Of a stretch of 52,983 bases of DNA, positions 16,573 to 25,862 are shown piece by piece. The position numbers and the translations under genes were made by a program. Source of the DNA: Candidatus Sungiibacteriota bacterium (GTDB lineage: Bacteria; Patescibacteriota; Minisyncoccia; Sungbacterales; HO2-52-23); contig JACPMG010000011.1 in NCBI GenBank assembly GCA_016186095.1, positions 1 to 52,983 on the forward strand, written 5' to 3'. The notes beneath the pieces were generated by a model, which was given only the letters and a program-made list of their open reading frames with translations, had not been told where the DNA came from and made no database searches. Within the stretch, counting starts at the first letter, position 1, and each line of letters starts with the position of its first letter.

Positions 16573-17201
16573 TTTATGGAGATTTGTCCGCTGGTCCGCG
16601 CGACCACCTTCTTTTTTTTGCCGGAGGACGACGAGAGCTCCATCTCCACCCTATCTCCGATGGACGTTCCGTCGGTTCCGGTAATCGCCACTACCGCCTC
16701 CGGCGCGGAAAACATAATATGTACGATCGAATACGATGCGTTTGAAGAATCGAGCAGTGAGTTTATTCTTACTCCCGCTGGCAGAGCTTCATCCGCGCCT
16801 ATTTTCGCATCATCCGACGTATAGCGGTTGTCGCGGACGACATCGACGAAAAGAAAATACGCTGAAGGCACGGCCTTGTCTAGTCTGATCCCGACCGCGT
16901 CCGGAATTTTAGGACCGGAGGAAGTTTCTACTTGAGTTACGGCTAGCGACATGTTTTGCGCGCGGCGAATGGCCAGTGCCAGTTCGCGGCTCGCCCGGTT
17001 TATCGCCCCGCCTTCACTAAGGCCGGTGAAGCTGACCAAAACGACCGTGCTTATCATGGTTATAATGCCGAGCATAACTACGACCTCTATCATAGTGAAC
17101 CCCGCACATAATTTGTGCGGACGGTCTTTTGTATCCTGCATGGCGCAAATTATGTGTGGGGTGAACCCCGCGCATTTTTTTGACAGGATAAGCGGTCGCA
17201 T
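16569..17201 (-). CDS. Minor type IV pilin, FimT/GspH-like, with a palindromic insert in the leader
   Basis: G|FTMIEVVV; ELALAIRRAQ; SGQI near the C-terminus. Start placed at ATG 17201. Confidence 0.88.
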   Translation of the reverse strand: MRPLILSKKCAGFTPHIICAMQDTKDRPHKLCAGFTMIEVVVMLGIITMISTVVLVSFTGLSEGGAINRASRELALAIRRAQNMSLAVTQVETSSGPKIPDAVGIRLDKAVPSAYFLFVDVVRDNRYTSDDAKIGADEALPAGVRINSLLDSSNASYSIVHIMFSAPEAVVAITGTDGTSIGDRVEMELSSSSGKKKKVVARTSGQISIK

Positions 17202-17280
17202 ATCTATAATTATATCCTTTTTCTCCCCAAACAAAAACCGCCCTTTGGTAGGGCATGGGCTATAGGCCAGAGCGTCATTT

Positions 17281-17389
17281 TCACCCCGCTAGAACGCCGC
17301 CGATCATGTCGGCGGCAGCTAAGAAAGGGGCCGATAGGAGTTAATGTTCCTATGATCACGACGCGAAACGTACGTTCTAACGGGATTCA
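17281..17389. repeat. Palindromic element with CCCGyTAGAACG / CGTTCTAACGGG ends and an internal hairpin
   Basis: Arms at 17283-17296 and 17373-17386; inner hairpin gccgccga-tcatg-tcggcggc. Confidence 0.7.
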
Positions 17390-17810
17390 CGGCGAATACT
17401 ATAACGGTCGCCGGGCACTATAGCGAGATTTGAAATTGGCTGGTCGACGAGAGTACCGTTTTTATAGATGTCCATACGCCGCTTTTCCCGGCAACGGAAT
17501 ATATTTTCCCCGTTCGAATAGAAAATTTGAACTGACCAGCTTGACCGACGGCGTCAAGCGCCCGCTCCAACTCATAGGATGAAGTCGTGTCGCTTTCAAA
17601 TATTCGCAGATCTTTGGGGCCGAAATCAATCTCCACGATCTCTTTGGCGTGAGGCGGACGCTTGGGCATGGGCGAAGACCCGTAAGTAAGGGACGTTGAT
17701 AGAAAGTCCTGGTAGAAGATTTGGTTGGAATAGAAAATTAGACCCAGCGCAAGGCAGGAAGAAATGCCGAGGGCGATCCAGGCGTAGACATTTTGGTTAG
17801 GGCTTACCAT
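17377..17810 (-). pseudogene. Membrane-anchored DUF4430-like protein with an apparent 1-nt frameshift near 17470
   Basis: N-terminal TM. After ...GVW another frame continues IYKNGTLVDQPISNLAIVPGDRYSIRRESR*, matching the W..NG......GD pattern; that stop is at 17377. Confidence 0.6.
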
Positions 17811-18589
17811 AGAAAATTAATTAAGCCGCTAAGGGCGAGAAAGCGCTGTCCCAGTATTTGCGCCAGAGCCGCGCCTATAATAATAAAAGGTCCGAAGGGC
17901 ACCTGATCTTTTAAAGTTTTTCGGCCGGATAAGATAAGCAAAATTCCCGCTATTCCGCCGAGCCAAAAGGCGAAAAGAAATCCCGGGAGTGATAGCGGAT
18001 AGCCGAGGACAAGCGACGTCGCAAAAATTAGTTTTGCGTCTCCAAGCCCCATGGCCGTACCTTTGGAAAAAAACCAAAAAAGGGCCAATACGGCTGAAAA
18101 AATAAGAGCCGCGGCTAAAGCGGCCGGGAGAGACGGGCGGTCCAGGATACGCTCGGCTAGGCCGATTACAGCAAGGACTAATACCGCGCCATTGGGAATG
18201 ATCCGGTAGCGAAAATCAGACACGAGAATGACGATCGAAGCTCCCAGCCCCAAGGAAAGTGCTGAGATGGCCGAGAGAGTAAAAAGATCAAGTGATGGAA
18301 AAACAAAGTACGGTCGCCATAACTGCCAGGCCCCAACATACAAAAGTGCGGTTCCAAGTTCCACGAGCGGGTATTGCCAAGAAAGGGCGGCACCGCAATG
18401 GCGGCACCGCCCTTTCAAAAAGGCAAAACTTATAACGGGCACGAGTTCAAACGGAGACAATACGGCTTTACACGATTCGCATCTTGACCTTCCGCCCAGG
18501 GTTTCGCCACGACCTCCGCGGATGATGACTACGTTAAGAAAACTGCCCACCGTCAAGCCAAAGAGAAAGACGACAAAAGTAGCGAACAT
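17804..18589 (-). CDS. pilD: Prepilin peptidase (A24)
   Basis: GSFLNV, RSRCESC, GRCRHC, D..YRIIP, MGLGDAKL, PFGPF. Confidence 0.96.
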   Translation of the reverse strand: MFATFVVFLFGLTVGSFLNVVIIRGGRGETLGGRSRCESCKAVLSPFELVPVISFAFLKGRCRHCGAALSWQYPLVELGTALLYVGAWQLWRPYFVFPSLDLFTLSAISALSLGLGASIVILVSDFRYRIIPNGAVLVLAVIGLAERILDRPSLPAALAAALIFSAVLALFWFFSKGTAMGLGDAKLIFATSLVLGYPLSLPGFLFAFWLGGIAGILLILSGRKTLKDQVPFGPFIIIGAALAQILGQRFLALSGLINFLW

Positions 18590-18610
18590 GGCCCGCTCAG
18601 GATTAATTTT

Positions 18611-19153
18611 TTAAGGCACCACGTCGTATTGCCTGTTTGTGCCGTCTGTGGTTCCGTCGGTCGTCTGGCCGGTGTAGGTTGCCCCGCCGGAAACGCAGGC
18701 CGGGGAGCCGGTAGCTGAATTACAGTCTTTGTCGCCGGTGAAGGCCGGGTTGGCTGAATCTTCAAGCTGGGCCGACAGGTGATAGGTAGTTCTGGTAGAG
18801 CCTCCTGCGGGCACGCCTGAGGCGAAACGATAGCAGATCGCCGTCGCATCCGTGCTTCCGGAGAGCGGGTCTCGCGGCACCTGCGGTATGTAGCCGTTGG
18901 TCTGCAGTCCTTCCAGCCCGTAAGCCACGGACAAGCTGCAAGTGGTGGATCCTAAGGGGTATTGGTTGCTTTGCCCGTCAAAGAAAAGTTCCAAGGCGAG
19001 CTGTATTTGCTTGATATCGGTAATGCGGCGGGCGTCGCGAGATTTGCGGCGTGCGCTGTTAAGCGACGCTAAGACGATCGATGCCAAAACGCCAATAATG
19101 GCGATAACCACCAGAAGTTCTATTAGCGTGAACCCTTTTGATTTATTTTTCAT
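18611..19153 (-). CDS. Type IV pilin, probable major pilin
   Basis: KG|FTLIELLVVIAIIGVLASIV...AR.KSRDARR; own AT-rich upstream region with a -10-like TACAAT. Confidence 0.93.
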   Translation of the reverse strand: MKNKSKGFTLIELLVVIAIIGVLASIVLASLNSARRKSRDARRITDIKQIQLALELFFDGQSNQYPLGSTTCSLSVAYGLEGLQTNGYIPQVPRDPLSGSTDATAICYRFASGVPAGGSTRTTYHLSAQLEDSANPAFTGDKDCNSATGSPACVSGGATYTGQTTDGTTDGTNRQYDVVP

Positions 19154-19221
19154 ACGAATTTAAATAATATGGCTATTTACGTTTAAATGATTGACCTTTT
19201 AATTATATTGTTCTTATCTTG

Positions 19222-19244
19222 ATTGTAAAACCCCTTTATCCACA
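19222..19244 (-). promoter_or_regulatory. Candidate -10 (TACAAT) and consensus DnaA box upstream of the pilin
   Basis: TACAAT on the minus strand at 19222-19227; TTATCCACA on the plus strand at 19236-19244. Confidence 0.45.
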
Positions 19245-19274
19245 CCCGCAGTTTAGTTACCAGTAACTGGTTAA

Positions 19275-20483
19275 CTAGATTGCTCCTACCAGATTGTATA
19301 GAGGTACTAACACGGCCGTCACCAGCAGGCCGATACCGATCCCCAAGAAAATAATAAGCGCGGGTTCAATCAAGGCGACTAGATTTTCCAGGGCCGAGTC
19401 CACCTCCCGCTGGTAGAATTTGGTGACGCTCTCTAGAATGAATTCCAGTCGTCCGGACGACTCGCCTATCTTTATCATCTGTGTTATCAGGACGGGTACG
19501 GCTTCTGATTTTTCCAGGGCGGCGGAAATGGTGCTGCCGCCTTTGACCGATTCGGTGGCGTCACGAATGGCTTTTTGATAAACGACATTGCCCACGACAT
19601 CGCCTGTTATATTAAGAGCGCGGATAAGGGGCACGCCGCTGCTTATGAGCGTTCGGAGGTTGTCGGTAAAACGCGCCATATATAATTTACGGTAGAGTGT
19701 TCCTATTATTGGTAGGTTGAGCTGGAGCGAGTGAAAAAAAAATCTTCCCGCGGGCGTTATTCCCCAACGCCAAAGGAAAAGGGCTCCCACTACAAGCAGA
19801 GTAAGCATGGCCAAGCCCCATTGGCGGATGAAAAATGACAGATAGATGATAGCTTGCGTGTAGAAAGGGATTTCCTGTCCTGTGTCTTGGAAGATATCCA
19901 AAAGTTTTGGGATTACCACCACCAGCATGACTACGAGCACCCCCAAAAAAGCAAAAAAAACAAACGCCGGATATATGAGGGAATTGCGCGCTTTGGAGGT
20001 TAGATAGTAGGACCTTTCCAGGTGATCAGCAAGATAGGTGAATACCTCCTGCAGTTTCCCGGATTCTTCTCCGGATTGGATAAGGTGGATGTGGAAGGTC
20101 GAGAAAATGGAAGGATGTTTGGTCATAGCCTGCGAAAGCGCCATACCCCCGGCAACATCGTCCAGGATCTCCGCTATTGCCGCGCGGAGCATGGGTTTAT
20201 TGGTTTCGCCGACGAGCGTTTTCAGAGCCATAACTACCGGAATGCGCGCTTCAAAGAGTGTGGCTAGCTGTCGGAAAAAAATTACCACATCTTTTTGAGA
20301 AACTGTTCCTACCAGCGGCAGGCGCAACGCAAATAAAGACAGGCCTTTCTGCTCGCTGATGGAAAGCACCATGAGATTATTTTGCTGCAATAAGTCTAAG
20401 GCCGCGTCGCGGCTTGAGGCCTCAATTACTCCGGTCCTGGTTTCTCCTTCTTTGGTGCGGGCTTTGTATTGGAATGTCGCCAA
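19275..20483 (-). CDS. pilC: Type IV pilus platform protein PilC (GspF family)
   Basis: F.YKAR..G...G.IEA, FFRQLATL, GEESGKL, LIYPAF, GESSGRL, LIEPALI; TTG start. Confidence 0.95.
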   Translation of the reverse strand: MATFQYKARTKEGETRTGVIEASSRDAALDLLQQNNLMVLSISEQKGLSLFALRLPLVGTVSQKDVVIFFRQLATLFEARIPVVMALKTLVGETNKPMLRAAIAEILDDVAGGMALSQAMTKHPSIFSTFHIHLIQSGEESGKLQEVFTYLADHLERSYYLTSKARNSLIYPAFVFFAFLGVLVVMLVVVIPKLLDIFQDTGQEIPFYTQAIIYLSFFIRQWGLAMLTLLVVGALFLWRWGITPAGRFFFHSLQLNLPIIGTLYRKLYMARFTDNLRTLISSGVPLIRALNITGDVVGNVVYQKAIRDATESVKGGSTISAALEKSEAVPVLITQMIKIGESSGRLEFILESVTKFYQREVDSALENLVALIEPALIIFLGIGIGLLVTAVLVPLYNLVGAI

Positions 20484-20491
20484 GTTTATTC

Positions 20492-20585
20492 GCGGGTGCG
20501 GTTCCCTCGTCCCGCCCTTTGCCGCTCACAAAGGAAACCCCTCCTTCAGTTCGCGAACAAAGGGCGGGACTCGACCGCACCACGC
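20492..20585. repeat. Long GC-rich inverted-repeat element between pilT and pilC
   Basis: ggtgcggt/accgcacc and gtcccgccctttg/caaagggcgggac arms. Confidence 0.7.
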
Positions 20586-20599
20586 TCACTTTATAAAAT

Positions 20600-21667
20600 T
20601 TATCCCTTGAGCAATGATTGCAATTCTCCGGGATTCAGCGAGTAGAGGACCGCATTTTCCATGGCGATCTCTCCGCGTCTTATAAGATCTACCAGGGAGC
20701 GGTTTAGGCTTATCATGCCCTGATCGGAGCTTGTTTCAATGACTAAATCCAGTTCATGGATTTTGTTTTCCCGGATGAGATTGCGGACAGCCGCATTCGC
20801 TATCATAACCTCCACGGCCGGCACAAGGCCGCCGTTTATTCGCGGTATTAGCCGTTGGGAGACCACTCCGATCAGCGTGGAGGAGAGTTGAGCGCGAATC
20901 TGATTTTGCTGGGTCGGGGGGAAGGTGTCTATTATCCGGTCGATGGTCTGGGCCGCATTATTGGTATGCAGAGTTGAGAGCACCAGGTGGCCGGTCTCGG
21001 CCGCAGTCACCGCGGCCGCCATGGTTTCCGCATCGCGCATCTCGCCTACCATAACCACATCAACATCCTGACGGAACATTGATTTTAAGGCGCGATGGAA
21101 GTCGGCGGTATCGCTGCCCACCTCTCGCTGGTCAATGGTGGCGTGATCCGAGGAGAAGAGATACTCAATAGGGTCCTCTATGGTGGTGATATGTTCTGCC
21201 CGCGTGCGGTTTATATAATCAATGACGGCGGCCAAAGTGGTGGATTTTCCGTGCCCGGTAGGGCCCACCACCAGAAGGAATCCTTGTTTACGCACGGCAA
21301 ATTCCTGCAGAATAGGCGGCAGGCTTAGTTCGGTGAAGTTGCGAATTTTGGTGGGGATAAGGCGGAGCGCCGCTCCCATCGATCCCCTTTGAAAGAAAGC
21401 ATTGACGCGGAACCTTGCTTTTTCGTGAAAATCGTAGGAGAGGTCTATTTCCCGCTCGCGCGTGAGTTTTTCTTTTTGCTCTTCGGTGAGCATGGAGAAA
21501 ACATATTCCTGCGCGGTTTGAGCCGTAAGCACGTCCTCTTTAAGGAGCGGAACCAATCCCCCATCAATGCGCAGGGTAGGATGGCGGCCAACGGAGATAT
21601 GGAGATCGGAGGCGCCCTCTTTTACGACAGATGTCAGAAGCTCTTCAAATGATTTTTTGTTTGCCAT
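20600..21667 (-). CDS. pilT: Type IV pilus retraction ATPase PilT
   Basis: ASDLH, RFRVNAF, GPTGHGKSTT, TIEDPIE, GEMRD, TGHLVLSTLHTN, AVRNLIRE. Confidence 0.96.
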   Translation of the reverse strand: MANKKSFEELLTSVVKEGASDLHISVGRHPTLRIDGGLVPLLKEDVLTAQTAQEYVFSMLTEEQKEKLTREREIDLSYDFHEKARFRVNAFFQRGSMGAALRLIPTKIRNFTELSLPPILQEFAVRKQGFLLVVGPTGHGKSTTLAAVIDYINRTRAEHITTIEDPIEYLFSSDHATIDQREVGSDTADFHRALKSMFRQDVDVVMVGEMRDAETMAAAVTAAETGHLVLSTLHTNNAAQTIDRIIDTFPPTQQNQIRAQLSSTLIGVVSQRLIPRINGGLVPAVEVMIANAAVRNLIRENKIHELDLVIETSSDQGMISLNRSLVDLIRRGEIAMENAVLYSLNPGELQSLLKG

Positions 21668-21682
21668 TGTTTTAAAAAAAAG

Positions 21683-22051
21683 TTATTTTTCAAGCAGTCT
21701 CTGGACTTTTTCCACTACTTCGCTTGGCGTAAAATGAGCCTTGATAATATAATCGTCCGCTCCTAGCCTCGTACCGCGTTCCACCTCTTCTTTCTGGCCC
21801 AGATTGGTGAGCAGGATGATTTTGGCATCCTTAGTTTCCGGACCCTGTTTTAATTCCTGCAGTACGTCAAATCCGTCCAAGGCCGGCATTACCACATCAA
21901 GCAATATGGCGTCGGGCTTGAATTCTTGCGCTTTTTTCAGCCCCTCCTTGCCATCATGCGCGGTCGCAATATCAAATCCGCGCTCTTTGAATTTAAGCAC
22001 ATACATATCAAGGATAAACGGATCATCATCAATTATTATGACTTTTGCCAT
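21683..22051 (-). CDS. Single-domain response regulator
   Basis: IIDDD, LLDVVMP, LTN, YIIK receiver motifs. Confidence 0.93.
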   Translation of the reverse strand: MAKVIIIDDDPFILDMYVLKFKERGFDIATAHDGKEGLKKAQEFKPDAILLDVVMPALDGFDVLQELKQGPETKDAKIILLTNLGQKEEVERGTRLGADDYIIKAHFTPSEVVEKVQRLLEK

Positions 22052-22083
22052 AGCGTCAGTTACTGGTAACCAGTTACCGGTTA

Positions 22084-22521
22084 TTACGGCGTTGCCGTAT
22101 GGACTCCGGCGGATTTACCGGAAATACTGTTCGTTTCCAGATAATAGGTAAGCGTATAGGTTGAGCCGTCTGCGGAATCGTACGCATATTGGTAATTGCC
22201 GGAATTGAAAGGATCGACAGGCACCTGGTTAAGCGCGCCGTCATTTACCAGCGCCACGGATGCCTGGTCCGCGCCGGATAGGGGGCCGGAGTAGATAGGA
22301 TAAGTCCTGTTGTTGACCGCATATATGGCCAGGGCGTTTTGCAGGGTTTTTATTTCCGATTCGCGTTCCGCGTCTCTTGATCGCGCACGGGAAGACGATA
22401 CTTGTACTAAAATGAGCGATCCCAGAAGCACGATGATCGCCATTACGACCAGAAGTTCGACTATCGTGAAACCAACCGCTCTGTTTGTAATTTGTAATTT
22501 GTAATTTGTAATTTTTTTCAT
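22084..22521 (-). CDS. Type IV pilin / GspG-like with a 7-mer repeat leader
   Basis: G|FTIVELLVVMAII; RSRDAER; PVDP. Confidence 0.9.
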   Translation of the reverse strand: MKKITNYKLQITNRAVGFTIVELLVVMAIIVLLGSLILVQVSSSRARSRDAERESEIKTLQNALAIYAVNNRTYPIYSGPLSGADQASVALVNDGALNQVPVDPFNSGNYQYAYDSADGSTYTLTYYLETNSISGKSAGVHTATP

Positions 22522-24183
22522 ACTACCTCCAAGAGCTCTTCTAGCCCGATTAATCCTTTTAGCACTTTCAGTATACCATCTTGTTTTAGGGTAATCATCC
22601 CCTGGCGTTTTGCTTCCTCGCTGATACGCGACTCCGAGGGGCCGGTGAGTATGATTTTTTCAAGTTCCGGAGTCATGGAAAGAACCTCAAAGATGCCGGT
22701 CCGTCCCCGGGTACCTTTCGGACAGGAAGGACCCGCCTCGGCCTGATATATTTCCTGCAGCGCCTCTTTTTTTATCTTTTCGCGCGCATCCGCCGGCAGG
22801 GCATCAATTTCCTTGGCGATGAGTTCCTTCATTTTTGTCTGCAATTTAGTTTTTTTCCTCGAGTCCGGACAAAGCTTTCGCGCCAGCCTTTGCCCGACGG
22901 CCAGTATTAGCGTCGGGGGTATAAGGTACGGGTCAATGCCCATATCAATAAGGCGGGGGACCACGCCGATCATGAACCGCCAGTGCCGCGGTTTCTTTGT
23001 CCCGTATCTCGCCTACCATGATGATATCCGGGTCCTGTCTTACTATGTGGCGCAGGCCGGTGGCAAAATCATACCCGATCTCCGGTCGGATTTGAGATTG
23101 ATTCACGCCAGCCACAAAATATTCGATTGGGTCCTCCAGGCTGACTATGTTGGTGCGTTCCTGGTTGAGAATCTGTAAAATCGCATAAAGGGTCGTTGAT
23201 TTGCCCGACCCGGTGGGTCCGGTGATTAGTATCATCCCGTAGGGCCGTTTGATGTTTTCTTCTAGGAGAGAAAGATTTCTCCCTTCAAGGCCGAGGTCGG
23301 AAAGCGTTTTGACACCCGCCTCCGGATCAAGAATTCTTATGGCGACTTTTTCTCCGAAAGCGGTGGGGAAAGTGGATACGCGAAAATCTATATCCCGGCC
23401 CATAATTTCTGCGTGGAACCTCCCGTCTTGCGGGATCCTCGTTTCATCAATTTTAAGATTGGTCATGACTTTGATGCGGGTCACAATCGCCGGACGCACG
23501 TCCAGGGGCAGGAGAAGACTTGTATGCAGGACTCCGTCTACGCGAAAACGCACGCGCAGTTTATCGCGCGCCGGTTCAATATGGATGTCCGATGCGTGCC
23601 CTTCTACCGCGTGACGGAGGATTACGGCCATCATTTTGGTGACCGGCGCCTCTTCGACAATTTTGGCCGGCTCCTCGCGTCTTATTTTAACCTCTTCCCC
23701 CAGCGCTTCATATTCTTTTTCGAATTCGCCGAGGGCCTTGGTGACCTCGCCGGACAAACTGCGGTACTCCCCCAGGACGTTTTCCAGATCGGACGGGGTT
23801 ATGACAAAAATTCTAGAAGGCAGATTGGCGCGCGCGGCGATAAATTTCAGGGCCTCCTGTGCCGATACGTCATCGGGGAAGAGCATCCCAATTTCAAGGT
23901 AGCCTTCGTTTCTGCCCAACGGGATCATCTTATAGTGGCGCGCCGATTCTTCCGGAATATCGCGCAATGCTTCAAAAGAGACGTTTAGGCCGCGCAAGAA
24001 TTTTGTTGGGTATCCGGTAAGTTCACTTTTAGCGGCAGCCACGTCTTCCTCCGTCACCCCGTACTGGTAGAGAATTTCCTCCACGGGAACCTTTTTATCT
24101 TTGGCCTCTTTTCGTACTAGGGCGGATTTGGCGAGATCGAGAATATTTTGGGAAATGAGAATGTCTATGAGTGATTTGGCCAT
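22518..24183 (-). pseudogene. pilB: PilB/GspE-family assembly ATPase, frameshifted by an ~50-nt deletion near 22971
   Basis: GPTGSGKSTT, EDPIE, RQDPD, GEIRD, then the His-box segment is missing and the C-terminus (IGVVPRLIDMG...) continues in another frame. Confidence 0.85.
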
Positions 24184-24188
24184 GGTAT

Positions 24189-24259
24189 ACTACGAATTAC
24201 GTATTTTTACGAATATACGAATTCGTACATTCTAGCGGACTCGTTATTCGTAGAGATCA
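24189..24259. repeat. TACGAAT-family junction element, copy A
   Basis: actacgaattacgtatttttacgaatatacgaattcgtac...attcgtagagatca. Confidence 0.85.
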
Positions 24260-24544
24260 GAATGGTAAAAATGGATTTTCTCTTCCTATTTTTGTCTGCT
24301 CTCTTATTTTTTCTCCGGCCATGCCCTCTGGCGCCTGTAAGGATTTAAAGAAAGGGTCCTGGAATAAAGACACGTCAAGCTGAAGATCTTTGAGCCGTCT
24401 TAATTCGGAAAGTCGTGTTGAGAAAGAACCCTCGGCGCGAGCTGTCTCCGGTCGGGTCGCGGTTTGGGCGTAGCCATACCATAGGTAGGCAATTAAGCCA
24501 AGGACGATGACAAAAACGAGAAGAAGGATTGTTTGTCTGTTCAT
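24257..24544 (-). CDS. Small bitopic protein in the PilP position
   Basis: N-terminal TM, C-terminal GRENPF; follows PilO. Confidence 0.8.
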   Translation of the reverse strand: MNRQTILLLVFVIVLGLIAYLWYGYAQTATRPETARAEGSFSTRLSELRRLKDLQLDVSLFQDPFFKSLQAPEGMAGEKIREQTKIGRENPFLPF

Positions 24545-24624
24545 GGGATACTACTAATTACGAATATACGAATGGACAAGATCGGTTTCCTGTATCCGTA
24601 CCGATCCGTAATCCTTAGCGGCCA

Positions 24625-25197
24625 TCACTGATAATACGTTTTTGCTTTGATAGCTATATCCAATGCCGATTCTTTCTCCGGTGATACAAAGGAGATGTTT
24701 TCTACGTCAATCAAGCGGAGATTTTTTTCCAGGTCGCTCAGGAATTCTTTTAATGCTCCATAGGTGCCGGAGATAGAAATCCCTACCGGAAATTCGTTAA
24801 TGCCGCCGCCTTTGGGGATAGAAACTGGCGCGCCGCCGGGCCTGGGCTGTCCGCCAGCGGAGACGGCAGGCGCCGCAGTGCTTGATAGATCGATTCGCCG
24901 CAAGACAAGATTGCTTTCTGCGGCCATGCGCTCCAAGGACACCAGAAAATCAGCGGCATTAACTCCGTTGGGCAGCGCCAGGTCAATGCGGTCCAGATTG
25001 TCGGCTGACACCGAGTTTATTAAATTAAGGAGCGCATCGCGATTTTGGATTAGCGTATCAAATTCCGCGCTGATACCGCCAAGCGCTGTTAAATCTTCCC
25101 TCAGGCTCCTGAAATTCTGCCATTGAGGAGCAAGATAAAAAAGGCCCAGGACAGCTGTCCCAAAAAGCAGAATGATAGTTATGAGCAGACGAGGCAT
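24625..25197 (-). CDS. pilO: Type IV pilus protein PilO-like
   Basis: N-terminal TM, coiled coil, LP, SGTY..LK.FL..LE.NLRLIDV. Confidence 0.85.
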   Translation of the reverse strand: MPRLLITIILLFGTAVLGLFYLAPQWQNFRSLREDLTALGGISAEFDTLIQNRDALLNLINSVSADNLDRIDLALPNGVNAADFLVSLERMAAESNLVLRRIDLSSTAAPAVSAGGQPRPGGAPVSIPKGGGINEFPVGISISGTYGALKEFLSDLEKNLRLIDVENISFVSPEKESALDIAIKAKTYYQ

Positions 25198-25239
25198 AGT
25201 GTTTTGCCGGTTACTAGTTACCAGTTACTATTCATTAAT

Positions 25240-25788
25240 TTACGGGCGCAGATGCAGAATGGACGGCTTAAAAATTATGGCCATTTTAAAATTTGCCAGG
25301 TTTTTGGCACCGATGGACAGGCCGCCGAATTCCACCGTCTCAATGTTGGGATCTCCTTCCAGCAGGGCAATTTGTTCGGCCAGCACCGCATAGCTTGCCG
25401 CTTCTCCGGTCATGTCGAGTTTTCCCGCGCTGCCGCTGAAATTAAAGTTTAAAAATCTAACCCGCGGGTGGGTATGCGTTTCAAGAAAATTCAAAATATT
25501 TGAAGGAAAAGAGTGCTGGGAAAGAAGAGCGCGCATTGATTTGAGGCGAGCATCCAGAAGAAAAATTTGATTTAAAAGTTCAGGCCTCAATTCTTCCTCT
25601 TTTGTTTTTACCTGTGCTATGAGTTCATCTCGCGCCTTGCCCTGCGCATTATTCAATAACCAAAGGCCTCCGTATCCGGCAGAGGCGAGAAAAAAGGCAA
25701 GAAGAGAAAAATAGAAGAGGATGGATCCGCCGCGGCGCATCTGCAGTGTCTGCAGCGGAGATTCTTTTTTGAGAAGTAGATCGGCCAT
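25240..25788 (-). CDS. pilN: Type IV pilus protein PilN-like
   Basis: TM plus coiled coil plus GEAASY..LAEQ; between pilM and pilO. Confidence 0.75.
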   Translation of the reverse strand: MADLLLKKESPLQTLQMRRGGSILFYFSLLAFFLASAGYGGLWLLNNAQGKARDELIAQVKTKEEELRPELLNQIFLLDARLKSMRALLSQHSFPSNILNFLETHTHPRVRFLNFNFSGSAGKLDMTGEAASYAVLAEQIALLEGDPNIETVEFGGLSIGAKNLANFKMAIIFKPSILHLRP

Positions 25789-25792
25789 ATAG

Positions 25793-25862
25793 ACTACGAA
25801 TTACGTATTTTTACGAATGTACGAATTCGTACTTTCATACGATTCGCTATTCGTGGTGATCA
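25793..25862. repeat. TACGAAT-family junction element, copy B
   Basis: First 40 bp are 39/40 identical to 24189-24228; ends attcgtggtgatca. Confidence 0.85.

Noticed and set aside
22945..22990. Programmed ribosomal frameshift in pilB
   Set aside because: No slippery sequence is present and essential residues are physically missing, so shifting would not restore the protein.
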